Shown: one piece after another, positions 1 through 12,290 of the stretch
Layout: each line of letters opens with the position of its first letter
How positions within the stretch are numbered: position 1 is the first letter of the stretch
Origin: Mustelus asterias
Lineage: Eukaryota
Direction of reading: 5' to 3'
Length of the DNA: 64,000 bases
Assembly (NCBI RefSeq): GCF_964213995.1
Contig: NC_135802.1
Span: 137,764,001-137,828,000 of the forward strand
The notes under the pieces: generated by a model
What the model saw: only the letters and a program-made list of their open reading frames with translations
The model's database searches: none
Told to the model about the DNA's origin: nothing
Translations under genes and position numbers: made by a program

Positions 1-328
1 CCCGCTAGAATAGCATTAGTAATAGTAGTAATAGTAGTAGTTTTCTTAATATCAAGCTCACACATTAAAGTCTAATTCTTCAATAGTTGCAAGAAGTCCC
101 TCTGTATGTGAGTTACATCAGTATTAGTCTCACAGATACTGCATGTGAAAAATTGTGTTTTATCATTGATTTGATAAGTAAAGATTATGAAAGAGAGATC
201 TTGATATCTCCTGGTCCTTGCATTTTGTATTTGGCATACAGGGTAAAAGACCATTCTAGAATACCTCAACATAAAGGCACAAAATAAATGACCATCCTAA
301 AATATATTAATAGATGGACATTAGGTAA

Positions 329-890
329 ATGCAGGTACAGCAGGCACTAAAGAAGGCAAATGGTATGTTGGCCTTCATAGCAAGAGGATTTGAATATAGG
401 GATAAGGACGTTTTGCTGCAATTGTACAGGGCACTGGTGAGGCCACACCTGGAGTATTGTGTGCAGTTTTGGTGTCTTTATCTGTGGAAGGGTGTCCTTG
501 CTATTGAGGGTGTACAGCGAAGGTTTATCAGGCTGATTCCTGGTATGGCAGGTTTGTCATATGTGGAGAGACTAAGTCGGTTAGGATTATATTCAGTGGA
601 GTTTAGAAGAGTGAGAGGGGATCTCATAGAAACTTACAAAATTCTAACAGGCTTAGACTGGGTAGAGTCAGAAAGAATGTTCCCAATGGTGGGGGAGTCC
701 AGAACTAGGAGTCATAGTTTGCCAAACGTCTGATTTCAAGAAGCAATTAGATATAGCTCTTGGGGCTAAAGGGATCAAGGGATATGGGGGAAAGGGGGAT
801 CAGGATATTGAATTCAATGATCAGCCATGATCAAAATGAATGGCGGAGCAGGCTCGAAGGGTCTAATTGCCTATTCCTGCTCCAGTTTCT
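329..890 (+). mobile_element. CR1 LINE 3' fragment (internally deleted)
   Basis: LLQLYRALVRPHLEYCVQFW...RRVRGDLIETYKIL CR1 ORF2 C-terminal motifs plus 3' tail. Confidence 0.9.
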
Positions 891-1643
891 AAATGATTAT
901 CCTATGATACTTTAAATTTAAGGACATGCGATTATATGACAATCTTAAAAGAACTCTGAACAATTAATGGCCCAATTCTATCATTGCTGAGGTATTGTTT
1001 TGAAATCTTTCTCTTTGTTAGACCTAGGTCTGACCTGGATCGAGATGTTCATTCATCAGATTTGCTGTGCAGCTACAACATGGAGCACAGTTTTGTTATC
1101 GATGGTAACTTCATTGCAGTGTTAATGTAAGCCTACTTGTGGCACTAACAAATAAACTTAAACTTAAACTTGGAAAGTCCTTAAGAAAAAAAATAAGACT
1201 TTCTTTTTCAATTTTCCTCACCATTCCAACTCCCTTGAAGAGGTATGAATGGTGAGATCAGAGCTTGATACCGATGAATCATCTGTTTTCCCTAGCATCA
1301 CCTCCCTTTATATTTACACCTACTTCTTCACTACAGTTATCAAGGAGATCAATACCAACTTCCATATTTTGAAGAGATTGTTCAATTTATTTTTCAAGGT
1401 CGGGTGAAAGGGATGGTAAAAATGTAGGTTTCAACTGATGAGCAACAATGTACGACCGCTTATTGTCAGGGATTATTAGCTGCTGGAGACACCAATATTT
1501 GTAGGTCTATCAATCAGTCTATCAACCTGCTTTTCAACCTTTACTCTGACTTTTTGTGGCCTCATGCCCCATTGATGTACACCTAATGGATATTGAAAAG
1601 TGACGTAATTATAATAAATCTGCTCCAGATTTTATTTAATGAA

Positions 1644-1890
1644 AATATAGGGAAGATGCATTTAAGGTGAGAGGGGGAAAGCTCAAAGGAGATGTGAGGG
1701 GCAAGTTTTTTACACAGTTGGTGCACGCAGATATGATTGGGGCGCTTAAGGGGCTTTTGGATAAGCACATGAGTATGCAAGGAATGGAGGGATACAGACC
1801 AAGGGCAGACAGAAGGGATTAGTTTAATTTGGCGTCATGTTTGGCACATCACTGTGGGGTGAAGGGCCTGTTCTTGTGCTGTACTGTTCG
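1644..1890 (+). mobile_element. CR1 LINE extreme 3' end
   Basis: Degenerate FKVRG...FFTQ-coding stretch and tail gaagggcctgttcttgtgctgtactgttc. Confidence 0.75.
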
Positions 1891-2688
1891 AGATAAAGAT
1901 TCAATTAATTTAGGTGGAAGGATAAATTAAGCTGTGCTAGGCTCCTAGAATATGCGGTTACCCATAGCCAACATTGCGTCTTTACTCCATTAAGTCAAGC
2001 AGGTGTCTGGCCATGATTCTGGAACTTGCTCTCTACACAAGAAACGATCAGAACCACATTACCATACTTTATATTGTTGGTGGCGATGGTCAGGGCTTGC
2101 TGAATCAAAATGAATACCAGCGTGACTTTTCAGACTCATTTTTCATAGCTGGAGCAGTTGCCCACATTTCCTTTAAATATAAGCCATTGTGCAGTAAATT
2201 TACTGCACATTATATACTAATATTCATATTGCAAAACCTCTAGCCTAGAATACAATTGACACCACTGAGGACCCATGTTGCAAAATTGCCAGAAGAGTTC
2301 ATCTGTTTCTCAGGGTTGCTTGGAGTTGTGTTGTCTTTATTGTCGCTTAAAGTCATACATCACTGAACATTTAATCCGATTGCTTCCTCATTTTAAATCA
2401 AATAATGATTTTGGAAATTAGAACTCATCGCAGGCTCTCCGACAGCTCTTTCCCTCCTTCAGTTTTCCTTCATGTAGCAGACAAGTGGTTTTTGTGAGCA
2501 ATATTTACGTCACATCCCTGATACAAAACTAACACAATCCAAATGACCGTGATGTCATGATGCGCGATTAATTCACTCGAGAGGCTAGATCGTACTCGGG
2601 AAATAAAGGCTTTTATTCGCAACAAGAATGGAGCACACTGCTTAACAATACTATCCCAGACTAAAGGGTCACTAGGAAGTGCAGTGAC

Positions 2689-3928
2689 GGGCGGCACGGT
2701 AGCACAGTGGTTAGCACTGCTGCTTCACAGCTCCAGGGTCCCGGGTTCGATTCCCGGCTCGGGTCACTGTCTGTGTGGAGCTTGCACATTCTCCTTGTGT
2801 CTGTGTGGGTTTCCTCCGTGTGCTCCGGTTTCCTCCCACAGTCCAAAGATGTGCGGGTTAGGTTGATTGGCCAGGTTAAAAATTGCCCCTTAGAGTCCTG
2901 AGGTGCGTAGGTTAGAGGGATTAGCGGGTAAATAGAACCATAGAACCATAGAAAATTTACAGCTCAGAAACAGGCCTTTTGGCCCTTCTTGTCTGTGCCG
3001 AACCATTTTATGCCTAGTCCCACTGACCTGCACTTGGACCATATCCCTCCACACCCCTCTCATCCATGAACCCGTCCAAGCTTTTCTTAAATATTAAAAG
3101 TGACCCCGCATTTACCACTTTATCCGGCAGCTCATTCCACACTCCCACCACTCTCTGCGTGAAGAAGCCCCCCCTAATATTCCCTTTAAACTTTTCTCCT
3201 TTCACCCTTAACCCATGCCCTCTGGTTTTTTTCTCCCCTAGCCTCAGCGGAAAAAGCCTGCTTGCCTTCACTCTATCTATACCCATCAAAATCTTATACA
3301 CCTCTATCAAATCTCCCCTCAATCTTCTACGCTCCAGGGAATAAAGTCCCAACCTATTCAATCTCTCTCTGTAACTCAGCTTCTCAAGTCCCGGCAACAT
3401 CCTTGTGAACCTTCTCTGCACTCTTTCAATCTTATTTACATCCTTCCTGTAACTAGGTGACCAAAACTGTACACAATACTCCAAATTCGGCCTCACCAAT
3501 GCCTTATATAACCTTACCATAACACTCCAACTTTTATACTCGATACTCCGATTTATAAAGGCCAATGTACCAAAGGCACTCTTTACGACCCTATCCACCT
3601 GTGACGTCACTTTTAGGGAACTCTGTACCTGTATTCCCAGATCCCTCTGTTCAACTGCACTCTTCAGAGTCCTACCATTTACCCTGTACGTTCTACTTTG
3701 ATTTGTCCTTCCAAAGTGCAATATCTCACACTTTTCTGCGTTAAATTCCATTTGCCATTTTTCAGCCCATTTTTCTAGTTGGTCCAAACCCCTCTGCAAG
3801 CTTTGAAAACCTTCCTGTATATGTAGGGATATGGGGGTAGGGCCTGGGTGGGATTGTGGTCGGTGCAGACTCGATGGGCCGAATGGCCTCCTTCTGCACT
3901 GTAGGGTTTCTATGATTTCTATGATTTC
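2689..3928 (+). mobile_element. tRNA-derived HE1/V-type SINE split by a CR1 insertion
   Basis: Head gggcggcacggtagcacagtggttagcac...gggttcgattccc with A/B boxes to about 2933; tail resumes about 3818 and ends (tttctatga)n. Nearly identical to the intact copy at 42552-42897. Confidence 0.9.
2933..3817 (-). mobile_element. Young 5'-truncated CR1 LINE
   Basis: Uninterrupted 261-aa ORF (WAEKWQMEFNAEKC, LYKALVRPNLEYCVQFWSP, RRRLRGDLIEVYKI) with a (tatggttc)n tail on -. Confidence 0.95.
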
Positions 3929-4599
3929 TTTATACTCCTATAGGAAGGCGGAGCCAAACGGAGTGTACCACAGTACAATGCTAACAGGTGGAACACCCCA
4001 ACAGTAACAAGAGTAACATATGTACAAGTACCCATAGTGATAACCATCTATGGTTCAGTACTCATAGTGGTAACCATCTATGGTTCACCACATGTCAGTG
4101 AGAAATTAAATCGGGCATGTAAGCCTGACAACAGATAGAATTTAGTGCCCTCTCCCCAGGTGAGTTCGGTGGCCATGGTGGTGGTTGGGGGCGGGGGGGG
4201 ATATTTAATCAGATGGGAAGGGTGATGCATCAGGACCCCGTTACCTTTGACCTCTGCTCCAGTTAGGTCCAAGTGAGAAAGATTTGTGGATGGCCTTCCT
4301 GTCCCACCACCAATTGAAACCCTTAAGAGGGCAATTAATGCTTATTTAAGGACCTCATCCCAACGCCACTGGTATTCACACCGCATTTGGAACAGTGGGA
4401 ATGAGGAAGGGGTGGGGCAGTGGGCTGACACCCAGGAAGAACAGAGGAGGATGCTGGGTGTGAGGAGGTGGGCTGGGTGGAAGACCTACCTCGGGGCTCT
4501 GATACTGTGTCCAAAGTTTAGAAATAAAGATTATTACATCAATCATCCCTCCAACCCTTGCTCCACATATGCCTCATTCCCTCACTCACTCAAAGGACC

Positions 4600-5165
4600 T
4601 TAGTTAGGCCACACTTGGAATATAATGTTCAATTCTGGTCGCCACACTACCAGAAGGATATGGAGGCTTTGGAGGGAGAACAGAAAAGATTTACCAGGAT
4701 GTTGCCTGGTACGGAGGGCATTAGCTATGAGGAGAGGTTGGAGAAACTTGGTTTGTTCTCACTGGAAGGACGGAGGTTGAGGGGTGACCTGATAGAAGTC
4801 TACAAGATTATGAGGGACATGGACAGAGTGGATAGTCAGAAGCTTTTTCCCAGGGTGGAAGAGTCAATTACTAGGGGGCATAAATTTAAGGTGCGAGGGG
4901 CAAGGTTTAATGGAGATTTACAAGGCAAGTTTTTTACACAGAGGGTGGTGGGTGCCCAGAACTCGCTACCGGGGGAGGTAGTGGAAGCAGATACAACAGT
5001 GTCTTTTAAGGGGCATCTTGACAAATACATGAATAGGATGGGAATAGAGGGATACGGTCCCAGGAAGGGTAGGGGGTTTCAGTTCAGACGGGCAGCAAGG
5101 TCGGTGCAGGCTTGGAGGGCAGAAGGGCCTGTTCCTGTGCTGTAATTTTCTTTGTTCTTTGTTCT
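4600..5165 (+). mobile_element. CR1 LINE 3' fragment
   Basis: LVRPHLEYNVQFWSPHYQKD...RGDLIEVYKIM...FFTQRVVG with a (ttctttg)n tail. Confidence 0.92.
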
Positions 5166-5832
5166 AAAGGTGATAAAGAATATTTGCATTTTACGGGAGA
5201 TACATGAGCAAATAGGGGTAAGTATCGAAGAGATATTTGAAAAGAATGAAGAACGAAGATGAAAGGGCTGAAAAAGATATTTGTGACAGGGCTTTAGCTG
5301 TTATGATTTGCTTTGGGGAAAGTCCTGCTGAAAGCACCTCCTCTGTCTGAAGTGTGTTGAAAAAGCTTTCGTAGCCTTTTACCTGAAGAAAACATTACCT
5401 GAAGAAAAGCAACTCAGGTTTGGGTGACGAAACAGTCGGTTTTGAGTCTCACTTTAGAAAACCACATCAGTGTAAATTTACTCTGGGAAGTCATGGATTA
5501 CACTGATGTTTAAAATGAAAACAATTTCTTGGTCTGAGTAATATTTCCTGGATTTTATAGTTAATAATCTATAAGGGGTGTTTTACTATGTACATTTGAT
5601 AAAAACAGGGAGTTGTTTTGTAAGATTTTTCTAACGGTGTATCTTTTTACCTTGTGTGCTTAAATTTTATCTTTTGTATCAATAAACGTTCTAATTCTTT
5701 GAATTTTAAAGGTTATCACTGGAGTCCTGTGCTTTTGTGTTCAGTAGCTATCCCTCCTTGGTTTTTACAATACAAAAACAATTACTATCAACTGATTCAG
5801 ATTTCAGTCTGAGATGTGGCTTGTTCAACATT

Positions 5833-7075
5833 GTAAGAAGTCTCACAACACCAGGTTAAAGTCCAACAGGTTTATTTGATAGCACAACCTTTCGGAGTGT
5901 TGCTCCTTCCTTAGGTGAGTGAAGAGTTCTGTTCACAAACAGGGCATACATAGACACAGACTCAATTTACAAGATAATGGTTGGAATGCGAGTCTTTGCA
6001 GGTACAGACAATGTAAGTGGAGAGCGGGTTAAGCACAGGTTAAAGAGATGTGTATTGTCTCAAGCCAGGACAGTTGGTGAGATTTTGAAAGCCTAGGCAA
6101 GTCATGGGGGTTACAGATAGTATGACATGAACCCAAGATCCCCTTTGAGGCCGTCCTCATGTGTGCGGAACTTGGCTATCAGTTTCTGCTCAGCGATTCT
6201 GCGTTGTCGTGTGTCGTGAAGGCCACCTTAGAGAATGCTTACCCAAAGATCAGAGGCTGAATGCCCTTGACTGCTGAAGTGTCCCCCAACAGTTGCGTTG
6301 TGCTTGGGTGACTTTCGGGGCTGTCTTGTGAGTGTGGCTGATGAATCTGGCATTGACGCACATCCTGACAGCTTGGGCATACATGTCGAGTTGAGGGCAG
6401 CGGCCTTCCGGAGGAGTCCAATTCGACTCTTTCCTCTTCTGTTGCTGCACCGCGGATCCCTCTGTCAGCTGTTCCGGTTCATTGGCTGTCTCATTGGGTT
6501 CACTGTTGGCCTCTTGGGGTTTGTGGTAGAACCCATATGAGAACACCATCCACCAGGTACACGGTACATACTCTTGTCTACCTGATACGCTGCGGGAAAG
6601 GATGTCCTGAAGCATGGTACGTTGGGGAGACCATGCAGACGCTACGACAACGGATGAATGAACACGCTCAACAATCACCAGGCAGGAGTGTTCCCTTCCA
6701 GTCGGGGAGCACTTCAGCAGTCAAGGGCATTCTGATCTTCGGGTAAGCGTTCTCCAAGGTGGCCTCCACGATACATAACAACGCAGAATCGCCGAGCAGA
6801 AACTGATAGCCAAATTCCACATGCATGAGGACAGCCTCAACTGGGATGTTGGGTTCATGTCACACTACCTGTAACCCCCATAACTTGCTTGGGTTTGCAA
6901 AATCTCACTAACTGTCCTGGCTGGAGACAATTCCCACCTCTTTAACCTGTGCTTAACACTCTCTCCACTCGCATTGTCTATACTTGTAAAGACTTGATTA
7001 CCTGTAAAGACTCGCATTCCAACCATTATCTTGTAAATTGAGTCTGTGTCTATGTATGCCCTGTTTGTGAACACA
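5833..7075. mobile_element. Penelope-like element remnant with inverted pLTR arms and GIY-YIG endonuclease fragment
   Basis: The + frame 6537-6746 gives LVYLIRCGKGCPEAWYVGETMQTLRQRMNEH (GIY-YIG). About 5930-6285 is an inverted copy of about 6710-7075. Decayed hammerhead on - near 5883-5918. Confidence 0.85.
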
Positions 7076-7079
7076 CAAA

Positions 7080-7700
7080 TCTTGTTGACCTTGCCTGATT
7101 GCATTGATATTTTCTCGGCACACCATTTTAACCTCTTTAGTAATATATTCCAGCAATTTTCCTTTGACAGACAAATTCAATTTCCCGATGACAGATTCCA
7201 GGAATTCATCCTCCACAGCATTAGGGCTAATTACGTTTACCCGGTCTGTATGTGGATTGAAGCCCTCCATAATTACTATATTACCCTTGTAACATACATC
7301 TCTAATATCCTGATTAAACCATGGCCTACATTACCACTGCTGTTTGGTGGTCTATGAACAACTCCTACCAATGCTTGTTGCCCTTTAGCTCTGCCCAAAC
7401 TGATTCCAAGCCTTCATCTTCCGATCTAAGATCCTCTCTTGCCAATGCACTGATCTTATCTGTATTAACAGCGCTACCCCACCTCCTTTCCACTTTTGCT
7501 TATTCTTCCTAAATGTTGAATACCGTTGACCAAGGTCATCCTGCAACCATGTTTCTGTAATGGCATTTCAATCATACCCGTTTACTTCCATTTGTGCCAT
7601 CAATTCACCTACCTTGCTGCGAAATCTGTGTGCATTCAGATAGTGTGCCTTTAAATTTTCTATTTTCACAATCTCTATCCGCTGGCACACTCTTAGGCTT
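7080..7700 (-). mobile_element. Degenerate CR1 endonuclease (APE) region
   Basis: LKAHYLNAHRFRSKVGELMAQMEVNGYD and MEGFNPHTD (GDFN-like) on -. Confidence 0.7.
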
Positions 7701-7704
7701 ATAT

Positions 7705-8100
7705 AAAAGCAAATTACTGCGGCTGCTGGAATCTGAAACCAAAAGAGAAAACGTTGGGAGATCTCAGCACGTCTGGCAGCATCTGTAAGGAGAGAAAAGA
7801 GCTGATGTTTTGAGTCCAGATGACTCTTTGTCAAAGCTAAAAGGCATAGAAAGTGGGAGATGTTTATACTGTGGGGTGAGGGAAAGGAAGATGAATCATA
7901 GCCACAAAAACAAGGGGAAAGGCTGCTAATGGCAGCCCATAGAGAGAGTAGAAGGTGTGAAAGGCCTTTTCCATTTGGTCCTTCACACCTTCTATTCTCT
8001 CTATGCACTCCATTAACAGCCTTTCCCCTTGTTTTTGTGGCTATGACTCATCTTTCATTCCCTCACCCTGCAGTATAAATATCTCCCACTTTCTGTGCTT
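7705..8100. mobile_element. Penelope-derived end (UUGACAA hammerhead family) with internal inversion
   Basis: aaagcaaattactgcggctgctggaatctgaaacc...cagatgactctttgtcaaagc; about 7845-7930 is inverted relative to about 8015-8100. Confidence 0.7.
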
Positions 8101-8559
8101 AAGTTTGTATGCTCTGTTCCTTCCTATCACACTCGATCATCAATTCCCTTATTGCTATCTTGCTCTCTTCCCTTGTCTTCTCTCTTCAATTTATCACATT
8201 ATCCTTCGCCTAATCCCTTGTCACCGCTATTTAGTTTGAAGCTCTCTACAACCTGCCACCTCCATTAAATGCTGCCCAGCAAATCAGTTTCCCACAGAGC
8301 AACTTAAATTAAATTTATACTCCTGCTATGTTTAATGTCACCTAGCTTCTCGATTTATCTTCCAGGTTATTCTCACTTCATTTCACTACAATCCTGGAAA
8401 CATCTTTGATCTCGGTTTCTCAATTTGAAAAAAAAAGCAATTCTTTGCAGGATCTTGGTCAATGCTAACATTCCTGATGCAACAGGATTAATTCAAGATG
8501 ATATCTAAGTGTTTGTTCAGTGTCCTGGATTCTGCCAGATCTTTGTCTTTCATTGTAAG

Positions 8560-8885
8560 TTCATAAGTTCATAGGATATAGGAGCAGAATTAGGCTATTC
8601 GGCCCATCAAGTCCACTCCGCCATTTGATCATGGCTGATGTGCTCCTTGTCCTTATTTTCCTACCTTCTCCCCATAACCCTTCAACCCATTACCAATTAA
8701 AAATCTGTTTAACTCTTCCTTAAATTTACTCACTGTCTCAGCATCCACCGCACTTCGAGGTAGCAAATTCCACAGATTCACAACCCTTTGGGAGAAGTAG
8801 TTTCTCTTCAGCTCTGTTTTAAATTTGCTTGTTCTAAGACTATGACCTCTCATTCTAGAATGCCTCACAAGAGGAAGAACCCTCA
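8560..8885 (-). mobile_element. CR1 LINE 3' end
   Basis: RGHSL...RNYFSQRVVNLWNLLP on -, plus tail. Confidence 0.85.
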
Positions 8886-8924
8886 TTCATTATAATTGAT
8901 TTTGCAGCAATGTGTACCCTCTAC

Positions 8925-9250
8925 ACGATTCACTGCAGGGACTCATCAATCCTCCTAAGACAGGACCTTCCAAACCCATGACCGCTACCATCTCAAAGGG
9001 TAACGGCAGCAGAGGTATGGGAACACCAACACCCGGAGGTTCCCCTCCAAGCCACTCACCATCCTGACTTGGAAATATATATATCCTCTACTGTCGCTGG
9101 GTCAAAATCCTGGAACTTTCTCTCGAGCAGCACTGTGAGTGTGCCTACACCACATGGTCTGCGGCAGCTCACCACCACCTTCTCATGGGCAATTAGGGTT
9201 GGGCAGCGAATGCTGGCTTAGCCAGCAAAGCCCACATCCCTTGAATGAAC
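8925..9250 (+). mobile_element. 3' end of a second LINE family (CR1/L2 group); relatives at about 12630-12885, 30680-31020 (-), 45020-45510 and 48277-48830
   Basis: Shared tail gggcaattaggg..gggca.....tgctggc..agccagc...gcccacatccc; relatives encode QSLSTIYKAQVRSLMEYSPL. Confidence 0.65.
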
Positions 9251-10744
9251 AAGTACAGTGAGGAGAGATTTCAGACAAGGGAACAGCTCCCGATTCCAAA
9301 TCTGTGAAGCTAATCTTGTGGAATTGTCTGAATATTGCTTCAGCCTTAGACCTAATATTTTAAAACACACATAGGGAGACAGATTTACGGTAATTGGCAA
9401 AAGGGAAGTTGAGAAGATTATTTGAATGCAGCTAGTTGTTTTCATCTGGAATGCGCTGTGTGAAGGGATAATGGAAACAGATTCAACAATAACTAGCTGA
9501 GGGAATAGGATCAATGGTTGAAGGAGAAAGATCTGCCGGACTGTAGAGCAAATGTACAATGTGGAACTAATTGTATAACACTTTCAAAGAGCGAGCACGG
9601 GCACGATGGATAGAATAGCCTCCTCTGTGCTGTAAAAGTCTATGATTTTATGTAAAGAAGGACTTGCATTTATATAACCTCAGGAAATGCCATACTTTCA
9701 TAGCCAATGAAGTACATTTGGAGTTTAGTCACTGTTGTGATGCAGGAACTGTAGGCTGTACTAGCCTCAATATGCTCTCTCTGTATTATAACATAGATTT
9801 TGCTCCACTGGAAGGTGTGATTTGGCCAATTATTTTCTCTCATGCCTAATGCTACATGGTTTGATTCCATAGGCAGACCAGGCTCTGGGCTGCCGCAGGG
9901 ATTCTCCTAGTCTCCTGCCCAGCATGTTTTTAATGCATGATAATCATGCTGTCCCTTCCAACCCCAACTGACCCAGTAAGATGGACCTGGGTCTCCACAT
10001 GGCTGGGAAATCAGTCAGAAGTCTCATACCAAGCCTGCAGGGACAAACAAAAGATAATTAGCTCTTATTCACCGGAGTAAAGAGATAAAATGTTCAAAAT
10101 GCTTATCAGGTGTATCAGCTGCTGAGAGAGTAAGATGGGTTAATCGTCACGAGGACTGTTACGGTCAGGTGAAAAATCTTTCATGGTACTTCCCAATGCA
10201 AAGAGGGAAGAAAATCTGAAATTGTTAGCAAAAAACTATTATAAATAATATCCTGCAAATAGCAGTCAGAAATATTTTGTTGCACGTTGTCCTTGGTGCT
10301 ATGAAGCTATTTCTTCTGTGATAGTTCTTGAAGGATCCCACTCAAAGCATACCTTTCTCTTGCAGCCACTGTTGGGTGGGTTCTGTGTAAAACACCAGTG
10401 TTTTCAACATTCAGCTCAGATTTCCAGGAATCAGAGTTTTCTTTTTCACTCACTTTCAAGGTCTGATCTTCCGAAATCAAAAGCCCGTTCATTCTTGATG
10501 TCTAACAATATCAAAATCTTATAGCAGAATTATAGCCTTGGAATTTACTCCCAGCTGATGCATTCTCTGTTCCTAACATTCCCAAGCAATGTGATACCTC
10601 GTTGATAACTAAGGTAAAAGCCATGTGTCAATATTCCGAAAGACATTCCTTTGCATGTTATTGACTTTCATGAGAAAAATAACTGGCCTTCACTCCCAGG
10701 AAAGTGTAGTTACTTTAGCATTGCTTAAAAAGAAGATTCATGTA

Positions 10745-11770
10745 GTCAAAGCTTTTTGTCTTCCATTCATCAGGACAATCCGTAAGAATCATTGAATCGT
10801 GCCTGCACTGACAACAATCCCACCCTATCCCCGTAACCCCATATATTTACCCTGCTAATCCCCCTAAAACTAGAGTCAATTTAACATGGCCAATCAACCT
10901 AACCTGCACATCTTTGGAGTGTGGGAGGAAACCGGAGCACCCGGAGGAAACCCACGCAGACAACGTTCAAACTCCAGTCAGGCAGTGACCCCAAGCCGGG
11001 AATCGAACCCGGGTCCCTGGCGCTGTGAGGCAGCAGTGCTAACCACTGTGCCACCGTGCCGCCCCACCAAAAATGCCAAACGTAAAGCGAACAACAATTT
11101 ATACTGCATGAGAAAAGTATTTTGATTGTTTGGCAAGTGGACCCTGATTGGTAGAGGTGCTGCCATGGAGACTGCACCAGTTAACCGATGACTGACAATT
11201 AATTGCCAAGCTTTGTTTAAATTCAAACCAAAGAAGTTGACTCTGATTGGTCAAGGCATTGCCCTGGGGAATAAAGGGGAGAATAGCTGTCACCTATTTT
11301 GTTGTGCTGGAACAGGCACAATGTGTGTACATAGGATAATTAATTTATATTAAGGTCTAACTTCCTCTGGCAATATTTGGATTAACATGCTTGTGTAAAA
11401 GTCCTTTGTGCTCTGTCTTAATACAGTTCATTTCTTTTGAACAGGTTAATGACTGTGTTAAGAGAGAGCACAAAGATCTTTTACACAAGCATGTTAATCC
11501 AAACACTGACAGAGGAAGCTAAACTTTAATATAAATTAATTGTCCTTTGCACACATTGTGCCTGTATCAGCTAAACAAAATAGGTGACAGCTATTCTCTC
11601 TGTCTGCCAAGATCAGGGCCCTGTGTATTAATATATGTGGCTTTTAGCATGTGTAACTGAGCCACACTCCAAGCCTGACTGATATCCCTAAATTGGTTGT
11701 CAGTGTTATTCTCAGCGCAATCAGGATTGTTTAGCAAATGCTGTCCAATTGCGGAATCACATCTAAAGCA
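10745..11770 (-). mobile_element. Probable Penelope-like 3' region (third hammerhead family) interrupted by a SINE and a fold-back insertion
   Basis: On -: gtc-CTGATGA-atggaagac-AAAA-agct-TT-gac, a decayed hammerhead at 10745-10776. The sequence resumes after the SINE at about 11066. Extent is estimated from a remembered shark repeat. Confidence 0.5.
10790..11065 (-). mobile_element. HE1/V-type SINE
   Basis: Reverse complement of the SINE head (ggggcggcacggtggcacagtggttagcactgc) and body. Confidence 0.9.
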
Positions 11771-12109
11771 TCCAGTTAGTCCCCTCCTTGCTTACAGCAG
11801 CATCTGTGCTTTGCAATTCTTCTCTCAATCGCTGACCATGCAACCTGCCATCTCAATCTGCAAACCTATAAAAGCACAACTGCAAATCCTGCTTATCGAT
11901 ACTCTGCAACTAATAACATTAAACTGAAACAGATCAGTACTAGGTTATTTAAGCAATAAGCCAGGAACTCAGAATATATGGGACATTAAATGACTTCTGA
12001 TTGCTAAACAGCCGCACGGTTGCATCTAGGGGCTGTTTAATAGTGAGGGATTGGCAAATGTACTATTATAATTATCCTTTAATATGAAAAGACAGATGAC
12101 AAGGCTTTC

Positions 12110-12290
12110 GTAAGGAGAGAAAAGAACTGATGTTTCCAGATGACCCTTTGTCAAAGCTTTGACAAAGGGTCATCTGGACTCGAAACGTCAGCTCTTTTCT
12201 CTCCTTACAGATGCTGCCTAGACCTGCTGAGATTTTCCAGCATTTTCTCTTTTGGTTTCAGATTCCAGCACCGCAGTAATTTGCTTTTAT
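12110..12290. mobile_element. Penelope-derived fold-back end with a perfect 44-bp palindrome (12135-12178)
   Basis: tccagatgaccctttgtcaaag|ctttgacaaagggtcatctgga, followed by the tail cagatgctgcc.agacctgctgagattttccagcattttctc. Confidence 0.8.
12155..12193 (+). ncRNA. Minimal type-I hammerhead ribozyme motif, U3-A8 variant core
   Basis: AGCU-UUGACAA-A-GGGUC(AUCUG)GACUC-GAAA-CG-UC^AGCU: 4-bp stem I, 5-bp stem II, palindromic ACGU at stem III and a GUC cleavage triplet. Confidence 0.7.

Larger units (their letters stand above)
2558..4092 (-). mobile_element. Solo LTR (about 300 bp, in two parts: 2558-2688 and about 3929-4092) interrupted by a SINE and a CR1
   Basis: TG...CA ends flanked by the 5-bp direct repeat tgtca (2553-2557, 4093-4097). 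TATAAA and AATAAA occur in that order on the - strand. Confidence 0.65.

Noticed and set aside
2661-2901. Recurrent small ORFs (MDCGRKPEHPEETHADT, MVSTAASQ..., GGTVAQWLALL) and tRNA-like A/B boxes
   Set aside because: SINE read-through; the heads are tRNA-derived but do not form complete tRNA genes.
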